Notes under the pieces: generated by a model
The model's database searches: none
What the model was told of the DNA's origin: nothing
The model's input: the letters and a program-made list of their open reading frames with translations, nothing else
Origin: Polyangiaceae bacterium
Lineage (GTDB): Bacteria; Myxococcota_A; Polyangia; Polyangiales; Polyangiaceae
Assembly (NCBI GenBank): GCA_044376115.1
Contig: JBILLK010000006.1
Location: forward strand, 32,001-96,000
Direction: 5' to 3'
DNA: 64,000 bases
In this document: positions 9,544 through 17,154 of the stretch, piece after piece
Numbering within the stretch: the first letter of the stretch is position 1
Layout of the letters: each line of letters begins with the position of its first letter
Program-made: the position numbers and the translations under genes

Positions 9544-10397
9544 TGGCTACCTCCCGATGTGATTTCGGGTTTGCGGTACACGATCTCGTCGCAGATCTCT
9601 TCGACCACGAAGGGCACCGACTCATTCAACAGCGATTCGCTGTGGCCAAGGATCAAGTAGCCGCCCGGCGACATGCGCTCGAAGAACCCGAGCACGACCC
9701 GCATGCGCGAGCGCTCGTCCATGTGGATGAGGACGTTGCGGCAGAACACCACGTCGATGAAGCCGCCAATGGCGGTGTCGAGGAGATTGGCGTGCTTGAA
9801 GTGGCAGACGTTCTTCAGCTCTGGCGTCACCGTGCGACTTCCGTCGGCGTGCGGCGTGAAGAAGTGATCGTAGTTGAGCTGCTGTTGGTCATTCGGGTCT
9901 TCACGAAAGGACGACAGCGAGTAGGTCCCGCGGCGCGCTAGCGCGATGCAGCGGCGTGAAATGTCGGTACCGAAGACCTTGACGCGCTCGGGGGAGATGC
10001 GACCGGAGCCCAGCAAAATGGCTGCCAGGGTGTACGCCTCTTCACCGGACGAGCAACCGGCGCTCCACACGGTGATGCGGTCTTTGGCGGCGAAGCGGGG
10101 GACGATCCCGTCGCGGAAGGCAACCAGTTGGCGCATCCCGCGAAAAGCGTAAGTCTCGTTGACGGTGCAGACCTCAGCCGCTTCCTCGAGCTCCGCCTGA
10201 TCTTGTTCGATCCGCGCGGCATAGTCCTCGAAGTTGTCCGTCCCGAGGACGTTGAGGCGCTCGCGCAGCCTGCGCTCCACGGTGGTGCGCATATCCAGCG
10301 AAAACCAAAGGCCGGCGTAGCGGTTGAGCGTGCGACGGATGGCCTCGAACGTGGTTAGCGTGAGGCGGCGATCGTCTCTGGAGAGGAGGCTATTCAT
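9540..10397 (-). CDS. cheR: Chemotaxis protein-glutamate O-methyltransferase
   Basis: TVNETYAFR, VWSAGCSSGEEAYTLA, GTDIS, DVVFCRNVLI, GGYLILGHSESL; 4-bp overlap with cheB. Start placed at ATG 10397 because the longer ORF (to 10442) reads through a repeat element. Confidence 0.92.
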   Translation of the reverse strand: MNSLLSRDDRRLTLTTFEAIRRTLNRYAGLWFSLDMRTTVERRLRERLNVLGTDNFEDYAARIEQDQAELEEAAEVCTVNETYAFRGMRQLVAFRDGIVPRFAAKDRITVWSAGCSSGEEAYTLAAILLGSGRISPERVKVFGTDISRRCIALARRGTYSLSSFREDPNDQQQLNYDHFFTPHADGSRTVTPELKNVCHFKHANLLDTAIGGFIDVVFCRNVLIHMDERSRMRVVLGFFERMSPGGYLILGHSESLLNESVPFVVEEICDEIVYRKPEITSGGSQ

Positions 10398-10413
10398 CTC
10401 CGCGGCGCTCTCG

Positions 10414-10514
10414 ATTCCGCCGAAGGCGGAGGCAGCAAACATTATGACTCGCGCCTTCTTCGAGAAAGCGGCCGAAGGCCCCAGTCCCCTTCACCATCAC
10501 TCGGCACGAGTCAT
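10414..10514. repeat. Structured intergenic repeat, copy 1 (REP/MITE-like)
   Basis: Hairpin TCCGCC-GAA-GGCGGA (10416-10430) + GGCAGCA, then a core bounded by inverted repeats ATGACTCGCGCC (10444-10455) and GGCACGAGTCAT (10503-10514), with internal GGCC-GAA-GGCC. Matches 56844-57016. Confidence 0.8.
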
Positions 10515-10586
10515 TTGAACTCAACTTGCAAAGAATTATCACGGGGGCTCCCGTGCGACCACAGTCCGAGATAGCCTCGCCTGCGC

Positions 10587-13172
10587 ATGGCGTGGCCGCT
10601 GCTCGTGAACCCGCAGGGCCCGATCGCGCTCGGGTGCTTCCTTTGGGAGCGCCGGGGCCGAACGAGGGTTACCGCAATCGTAAAAGCGAGCTTCGCCATG
10701 GTTCATGGCGGCTTTGCCATGCCCACCGATCCGTTGCCGATCGTCACTGAAGAGACTGGTGAGGCAGCAAGCGACCTCTGGCCTCAGCTGAGCTTGCCGC
10801 AGGCGATCGCGCACTGTGACGCCGTATCTCTCGGCCGCGAGCCGGTGCAAGCCATGGCTGTTCGGTTCGTGATCTGGAAGCGAGGATTCAAGCTCGACAA
10901 GACGGTTCATGTGTTCGGCCCGCGTTCCAGCCATGATCTCGCGCCAGAGGCCTTCGTCCAGGCCCCGGTGACGTGGGAGTCGGCTCCTTCGGGTGAGAAC
11001 GGTCACAACCCGGTGGGAGTGAAGGGGGATCGGCCGGCGCGCGTGATTTCTCCCATCAACCCTGCGGTTCCAACCTCTTTTGCTCCGCTTTCTTTTGATC
11101 GCAAAGAGCGCAACCTGCACCGATTCGAGCTGCCGAAGGTGGGGCCGATTCCTTGGCGCTGGCCCGATGAGGTGATGCCAGAGGCCTTCTCTTCAGCGCC
11201 GCGGGACCAGTGGTTACCCACTTTGGATGGGGATGAGTGGATCCTGCTCGATGGTGTGCACCCTGAGCTGCCGCGCTTTGCGACGCGGCTTCCGATGCCT
11301 GTGACACGAGCTCAGCTCCGCGATGAGTCGGGGCGCGCCGAGCCCTTCTTGCTGGCGCTCGATACGCTGACGGTGGACACGCGTACGCGCACGGTCTCGT
11401 TGGTTTGGCGCGGCTCGTTGCCGTTGCTCCGTGAGCATTGGACGGATCTGCAGGTGGATGCGTCGTTTGAGTTGGGCGTCCCGGAGGAGCTTTCGGCGGC
11501 GGACGCGCCGGGGCCGTTAGCGCTTGGAAAGGGCCTCTTGCTCGGTCCTCGCCCTTCGGTCGCGGTAGCGCCGGCGCTGCCGCCGCCGCTCCCAACCATG
11601 GCGGAGGAACAAACGCCCCCGCTTTCAGCGTCGGACACGATTCCGCCGCCAAAACTCAATGGCCTTTCGGCGATGCCGTTCTCGGTCGCGCCCGCGTCTC
11701 GCCCAAGTGGCGCAAGCCCGCGCCCGCCGACGATCCCTCCGCCAGCGCAACGCGTGCCGCTGGCCCAGTTGGTTCCACCGCCGGTGCAGTCGGCTCCGCC
11801 CGCGCCTCCGCTAGTTCCACCGCCGGTGCAGTCGGCTCCGCCCGCGCCGCCCCCAGTTCCCCTGGTGCCGCCAGCGGTCCCGTTGGTGCCGTCTGCGGTC
11901 CCGTTGGTGCCGTCCCCGGCGCTTGCCGCTGCCGTGCCTAGCCCGCCGCCACCCGCTGCCACCCTCGTGGCGGAGAGCACCGACGCTGGAGCCTCGCTTC
12001 TTCGTGACAAGGAGGAGCCGACGCACGAGGGCGCTCGACTCGATATCACCGCCCAGAATGAGATCGCTGCAGCGCCCGACGCAGGTCCGACGTCGATGGG
12101 CACGCTGAATCTGCGCACCACCGTGCTCGGCCGCGTAGAACGCAAAGAGCCGCTCAAGGATCTGATGCTTGCCGGCGTGGACCTAAGCGAGCTCAACCTC
12201 GCGGGTGCCAATCTCGCGGAGGCCAATCTCGCGGGGACCAAGCTGAACGGTTGCAACCTATCGGGAGCGAGGCTCGCCGGCGCCAAGCTGGGCGCGGCAG
12301 ACCTCTCGGGCGCCAATCTCGAGTCCGCCGATCTCACGCACGCGGATCTCAGTCGTGCCCAACTGCGTGGGGCGAACTTCAGTGACGCGACCCTGAGCGA
12401 TGCGAATCTCAGTACCGCCGACGGCCAGGATGCGAGCTTCCAGCGCGTGAAGGGAGCCCGCTTGATCCTTTCGCAAGGGCGCTGGTCCGGAGCTTCCTTC
12501 GAGCAGGCCGAGCTCCCGGGAAGCGACTTCTCGGGCGCCGAGTTCGATCGCTGCAACTTCGATCAGAGCAATGTCACCGGCGCGCGCTTCGTGGACGCTC
12601 GTGGTAGCGAGGTTACCTTCGCCAAGGCGCGCATGACCGACGCCAATCTCGCTGGCTGTCAGCTGCTGCGTTGTCAGTTGGTGGCAGCGGATGCGCAGCG
12701 CACCTCTTGGGACCGCGCGACGTTGCGTGGCAGCTCCTTTCGAGACGCACTGCTCGACGGCGCCGGCTTTGCGCGCGCCGCGCTCGATCAAACGGACTTC
12801 TCCGGCGCCTCGTTGACCAAGGCGAGTTTGATGGGCGTGACAGGTGAAACCTGCTTGTTCGTTGGGGCCAACCTCGAGGCTGTGGATTTGCGACAGGGCA
12901 AGTTGAGTTCGGCCGACTTCAGCAAAGCGAAGCTGGTTCGTTGCAACGCGCTCAAAGCGACGCTCCAAACCTCCACCTTCACCGAGGCGGACCTGACGGG
13001 CACCTCGCTGCGCTCGGCGAAGCTCCGTTCGGCCAACTTCGAGAGAGCGATCCTGCGCGACGCCGATCTGCGTGATGCGGATCTCGAACTCGCCGATCTG
13101 CGGGGAGCCGAGACCCAAGGTGCACGGCTCTCGGGTGCCAACCTCAAGGGCGCAACCGAGGGCGGCGCTTGA
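10587..13172 (+). CDS. DUF2169-domain protein with Pro-rich linker and pentapeptide repeats
   Basis: DUF2169-like TAIVKASF, LDKTVHVFGPR, NPVG, AFSSAPRDQW..GDEWILLDGVHP, LALDTLTVD..LVWRG; about 290 aa of A(D/N)LxG pentapeptides. Confidence 0.85.
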   Translation: MAWPLLVNPQGPIALGCFLWERRGRTRVTAIVKASFAMVHGGFAMPTDPLPIVTEETGEAASDLWPQLSLPQAIAHCDAVSLGREPVQAMAVRFVIWKRGFKLDKTVHVFGPRSSHDLAPEAFVQAPVTWESAPSGENGHNPVGVKGDRPARVISPINPAVPTSFAPLSFDRKERNLHRFELPKVGPIPWRWPDEVMPEAFSSAPRDQWLPTLDGDEWILLDGVHPELPRFATRLPMPVTRAQLRDESGRAEPFLLALDTLTVDTRTRTVSLVWRGSLPLLREHWTDLQVDASFELGVPEELSAADAPGPLALGKGLLLGPRPSVAVAPALPPPLPTMAEEQTPPLSASDTIPPPKLNGLSAMPFSVAPASRPSGASPRPPTIPPPAQRVPLAQLVPPPVQSAPPAPPLVPPPVQSAPPAPPPVPLVPPAVPLVPSAVPLVPSPALAAAVPSPPPPAATLVAESTDAGASLLRDKEEPTHEGARLDITAQNEIAAAPDAGPTSMGTLNLRTTVLGRVERKEPLKDLMLAGVDLSELNLAGANLAEANLAGTKLNGCNLSGARLAGAKLGAADLSGANLESADLTHADLSRAQLRGANFSDATLSDANLSTADGQDASFQRVKGARLILSQGRWSGASFEQAELPGSDFSGAEFDRCNFDQSNVTGARFVDARGSEVTFAKARMTDANLAGCQLLRCQLVAADAQRTSWDRATLRGSSFRDALLDGAGFARAALDQTDFSGASLTKASLMGVTGETCLFVGANLEAVDLRQGKLSSADFSKAKLVRCNALKATLQTSTFTEADLTGTSLRSAKLRSANFERAILRDADLRDADLELADLRGAETQGARLSGANLKGATEGGA
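11772..11906 (+). repeat. In-frame tandem repeats (42-bp x2, then 21-bp units) encoding a Pro-rich linker
   Basis: GTTCCACCGCCGGTGCAGTCGGCTCCGCCCGCGCC at 11772 and 11814; VPLVP(P/S)A repeats follow. Confidence 0.8.
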
Positions 13173-16069
13173 TCGAGTTCACCGCCTTCGGCGGCGCTGC
13201 CGGTGCTGCTTTTATTTGGCCGCACGGGCGACTGCGCATGTTGACCACCTTGGTCAAAGCGCGACTGCGACTCGTTGCGGAAGGGGAGGCAACGCTGCTT
13301 GCGACGCCGCCACCGCTCGTCACCGACGACTTCGCGCCGCTGTTACCAAAGCCGGAGATCGTGCTCCTCGCTACCGCGTGCCCGCCGGCACCGGTGCCGT
13401 CGATGAGCGTGCGATTGTTCGTGGCGCGTGAAGATGCGGTGGTGCTCGACAAGACGCTTCACATCTACGGTGATCGACCGATGGGCGCAGCCCCAGCCCC
13501 CTTTCGCTCGATGCCCATTACCTACGATCGCGCCCTCGGCGGCCCGGGGACGGAGAACCCCTCGGGGCGAGGGAACTTCGGGCTCGCTCCCAACGTCGTG
13601 GACCCAACCAACGCCTGGACGATCGCTGGCTTCGCCAACATCGATGCGCGCTCACCGCGTCGACAACGGTTGGTCCGTGGCGCTCCACCGAGGATCGACG
13701 GTTGGCGGCTCGAGGGCACTGAGAATGTCCCCCATGCCTACTACCAAACAGCACCCAACGATCAGCTGGTGAGCCACCTCGCGGGGGATGAGTGGGTGGT
13801 GCTCGATGGCATGCATCCGACGCTCGCCCGCTTCCGTACCCAGCTGCCAGGGCTGACGGTGGGCGCACGCATTGCAGCGCCACGTGAAGTAGCGAGGCCG
13901 CTGCAACTCACGCTCGACCGCGTCGTGATCGACATGCACCGCATGCAGGCCGATCTGTCCTATCGCGGCGCCGTTGCGCTGGAGTGGACGGGACCGCTGT
14001 CGGTGGTGGGTGGGATCGCGACGTTCGAGATCGAGGATGCACACTCCGACACGCAGATCACCAAACCCGGTGTAGCCCGTGGAAACAACCTCGCTTCGAC
14101 GTGGACCGAAGTGGTTCCACCGGCGGTTCACACGCCTGTTCCGGCGGTCCACGCCGCTGCTCCGGCCGTTCGTTCGCCTGTTCCGGCGGTCCACGCTGCT
14201 GCTCCGGCGGTCCACGCGCCCACACACGTCAAGCCAACGCCCCACGCTCCGCCGCCCGCTGTCGCCCCCGTTCAACCGCCTGCGCAGCAGGGCAAGCCGA
14301 CCGACCTGGGCGCAACCTGGACCGATGCAGTCCCCCAGCCTGTGCAGGCCAAGGCGCTCCCCTTCAAGTCGGTCAGTCGCACGCTCGATGGGGAAGTCAC
14401 GCTCACCTCGATTCAAGGGCTTGATTTGGGCCTGCCGTTTCGTTCGGCGCCGCAGGCAAACAAGCCTGAAAAGGTCCCTGTTGCGCGCACCTTCGACGTG
14501 CCTCGGATCGCGGATGATTCGGAGGACGTCGAAGCTACGGCCACGCTCATGACGTCGCCTGCACTGCGGGCAGCGCTGCCGTTCGGTCGGTCTCCAGGTG
14601 AACCCCTCCCGCGGGTGCCTGAAGCCCATCACGCTCCGGACACAGCTCGGGCTCCAATCGTCGAACCTCCTCCGATGCCTGAAGCAGTGCAGCCAGCGGA
14701 AGCAGCGCCGGCAGCGGTGATGCCGTCATTGGTAGCGCCGGTATCGCCAGCGTCTCCGCCTCCTCCGGCGGTGGTCTTGCGCGCCTGGCCAGCGCCAGAG
14801 GAGGACCATGCACCGGCCGCCGCCGTCGCGCCGCCGATGCCGCCTGCGAACGTGGTTGCTCCCGCCCCCGCTGTTGCGCTGGTTGACGGGGGCGCGCCGT
14901 CGCCGCCGCCGGCTCCGATTGCGGTTCCTGCGGAGGACCGTTCTGGTCCGAGTGCGATCGACTCCGTTACGCTCACGGTCGCTCCTGTCGCTGATGCAGC
15001 GCCGGCCGAGACCGACCCAATTCGAATCAAGGTGCTCGAGGCCGTCGCGGCCAAACTACCAATGCGTCGGCTCGATCTTACAAACGCCGACCTCAGCGGC
15101 ATGGAATTGAGCGGCCAAGACTTCTCCGACGCCGTGCTCTCCGGGGCGAACTTGAAGCGTGCGACGTTGAACCAAGCTCGCTTCAGCAACGCAAAACTTC
15201 AAGGCGCCGACCTTTCGTATGCGAGTTTGCAGGGGGCCGACTTCACTCGTGCTGAGGTCGCGCGTGCAAACTTCTGCGACGCCAATCTGGAGGGGGCCCA
15301 GCTCGCGCACGCGAACGCGACCGGTACTCGCTTTGAGCGCGCCAAGCTCGACGGCCTGAAGGCGGCGCACGGCGTATTCGTGACCGCGGTGCTGAACGAT
15401 GCGAGTGCCCAGCGTGCCGAGCTGCGCAACGCCGACCTATCCGGCGCTGAGCTCAATCGCGCGCGACTGAACGCCGCCGATCTGGTGGGGGCCCGCCTCA
15501 GCGAGGCTCGTGGCGAATCGGTCGTGCTCGATGAGGCGGATCTCTCCGACGCTTCGTGCACCGGCGTCAGCTTTGTGGACGCGAGCCTGCGCGGCGCCAA
15601 GCTCGCTAGAACCCAGTTCGATCGCAGTGATCTTTCGCGGGCGAACTTTGATCGGGTGAGTGCACCCCAGGCGAAGTTTGCGCGGGCACGCTTGGAGCTG
15701 ACCTCGTTCCTCCGCGCCGACTTGCCGCGCTGCGATTTCTCCGGCGTGAGCGGAGAAGGGGCCGAATTCTCAGAGGCCAATCTTCAGGGCTCGGACTTCC
15801 GCTCGGCCAAACTTCCCGACGTGCGCATGCAAAACGCGAAGCTGGCTGAGTTGCAGGCGCAGAAGCTGTTCGCCAACGGCGCCCACCTCGACGGCGCCGA
15901 CCTGACGAAGGCGGTGCTGCGCGGCGCGAAGCTGAAGGCCGCGGATCTCGTCGGCGCTCGCTTCGATGGGACGGACCTGCGCGACGCTGAACTCGAGGGC
16001 TGCCGCTTGGACGGCGCGGATCTCTCGAAGGCCAAGGTGAGCGGCGCGAATCTCCGCGGCGCGACGTGA
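13169..16069 (+). CDS. Second DUF2169-domain protein with Pro-rich linker and pentapeptide repeats (paralog)
   Basis: TTLVKA, DDFAPLLPKPEIVL, LDKTLHIYGDR, MPITYDRALGG..ENPSG, APNDQ..GDEWVVLDGMHP; pentapeptide C-terminus; TTGA overlap with the upstream paralog. Confidence 0.85.
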   Translation: MIEFTAFGGAAGAAFIWPHGRLRMLTTLVKARLRLVAEGEATLLATPPPLVTDDFAPLLPKPEIVLLATACPPAPVPSMSVRLFVAREDAVVLDKTLHIYGDRPMGAAPAPFRSMPITYDRALGGPGTENPSGRGNFGLAPNVVDPTNAWTIAGFANIDARSPRRQRLVRGAPPRIDGWRLEGTENVPHAYYQTAPNDQLVSHLAGDEWVVLDGMHPTLARFRTQLPGLTVGARIAAPREVARPLQLTLDRVVIDMHRMQADLSYRGAVALEWTGPLSVVGGIATFEIEDAHSDTQITKPGVARGNNLASTWTEVVPPAVHTPVPAVHAAAPAVRSPVPAVHAAAPAVHAPTHVKPTPHAPPPAVAPVQPPAQQGKPTDLGATWTDAVPQPVQAKALPFKSVSRTLDGEVTLTSIQGLDLGLPFRSAPQANKPEKVPVARTFDVPRIADDSEDVEATATLMTSPALRAALPFGRSPGEPLPRVPEAHHAPDTARAPIVEPPPMPEAVQPAEAAPAAVMPSLVAPVSPASPPPPAVVLRAWPAPEEDHAPAAAVAPPMPPANVVAPAPAVALVDGGAPSPPPAPIAVPAEDRSGPSAIDSVTLTVAPVADAAPAETDPIRIKVLEAVAAKLPMRRLDLTNADLSGMELSGQDFSDAVLSGANLKRATLNQARFSNAKLQGADLSYASLQGADFTRAEVARANFCDANLEGAQLAHANATGTRFERAKLDGLKAAHGVFVTAVLNDASAQRAELRNADLSGAELNRARLNAADLVGARLSEARGESVVLDEADLSDASCTGVSFVDASLRGAKLARTQFDRSDLSRANFDRVSAPQAKFARARLELTSFLRADLPRCDFSGVSGEGAEFSEANLQGSDFRSAKLPDVRMQNAKLAELQAQKLFANGAHLDGADLTKAVLRGAKLKAADLVGARFDGTDLRDAELEGCRLDGADLSKAKVSGANLRGAT
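14133..14218 (+). repeat. In-frame 42-bp tandem repeat (PVPAVHAAAPAV x2)
   Basis: CGCCTGTTCCGGCGGTCCACGC at 14133 and 14175. Confidence 0.75.
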
Positions 16070-16109
16070 GCGAGCAGGTCGCCCACGTCATACGCAGGGC
16101 ATCGCTGCT

Positions 16110-17111
16110 CTAGAAGCGGCCTTGCAACCCTGCGAAGCCAGGGCCAACCACGAACTCGGTGCTTTGAGCGCTGCCATCCGAGCTGCCGCTGCCGGCGATC
16201 TCGATCACCAAGAAGGTGACGCCGGCCGCCAGCCCGACCGCACCCACGATCAAGCCAACGTTCGCGAGCGTCTGTTTTGTCTGTGCGCTGTCGACCAGTT
16301 CGTCATCTGCGGCGCTGGTGCACGGCCCGTTCTCCCCGCACTTGTCGACCAACTCTGACTCTGCAGCGAGGGTCAGGCCGCCCGCCACACCGAACAGGCC
16401 CATGCCCACGACGCCAACACCACCAAACGCGATCGCCACCGGCAAAAGCCCGGGACCGCCTGAGCTCGGCTTCGTTACGGGGGGCGGCGGCGCAATGACC
16501 GTGGCCGCCGGATGCGCGAGATCAACCGACTTCTTGTCTCCCGCCTTGAGTTCGAGCCGTTGCGAGAACGGCTGCTGGCCCGGCGTTTCGAGCAGGATGT
16601 CGGTGGGCACCGGGTCCAGGGCAAGCGGCTTTCCCCACTGATCCCGCGCGACGGGCGCTCCCGCAATTCGCACGGTGGTTGTCGGTTGGGCGTCGCGTAC
16701 GTTGACCGTAATGAGCGCGAGCTTGTTCGCTACGTCGACGATCTCCATCTGCGCCGATTCGTAGGTGGGCTTGTACTTTGGCTCCGCCACCATGCGGGCC
16801 GAGGCCTCGGCGATCACCCGTTGGAACCAGTTATAGGCTTCCTTGGAATGTCCCAGCTCCGCCTCGCTGCGCGCGATGAAGAGCGCTGAGTTCGGGCTTT
16901 GCACCGCATTGTAGGAGTCTTGAAACTTCTGCAACGCGGCCGGGAACTTCTTCTGTTTGAACAGCGCTGAGCCGGCCGTGAACGCATCGGTAGCCGCCTT
17001 GACGGCTTGAGGCGTGGGCGCCCCCTGAGCGAACGCCATCGAAGGGGCCGACGCAGAGAGTGCGAGCGCTAGAGCTGCTCCGAACCAAAGAGTCTTCATC
17101 GCGTAGTCCAA
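16110..17111 (-). CDS. Exported TPR + PEGA-like protein with Gly-rich hydrophobic segments
   Basis: Signal peptide (AFA-Q), TPR-like helices (AFTAGSALFKQKKFPAALQKFQDSY), PEGA-like strand region, Gly-rich hydrophobic helices, ends LQGRF. Start may be ATG 17099. Confidence 0.8.
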   Translation of the reverse strand: MDYAMKTLWFGAALALALSASAPSMAFAQGAPTPQAVKAATDAFTAGSALFKQKKFPAALQKFQDSYNAVQSPNSALFIARSEAELGHSKEAYNWFQRVIAEASARMVAEPKYKPTYESAQMEIVDVANKLALITVNVRDAQPTTTVRIAGAPVARDQWGKPLALDPVPTDILLETPGQQPFSQRLELKAGDKKSVDLAHPAATVIAPPPPVTKPSSGGPGLLPVAIAFGGVGVVGMGLFGVAGGLTLAAESELVDKCGENGPCTSAADDELVDSAQTKQTLANVGLIVGAVGLAAGVTFLVIEIAGSGSSDGSAQSTEFVVGPGFAGLQGRF

Positions 17112-17154
17112 AAGTTAGAGGTGATCGTGTTCAAGGAGCGAGGTGCGGTTTGCA

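Noticed and set aside
10398..10442. N-terminal extension of CheR (MFAASAFGG...)
   Set aside because: It overlaps the hairpin of the repeat element; ATG 10397 gives a normal-length CheR.
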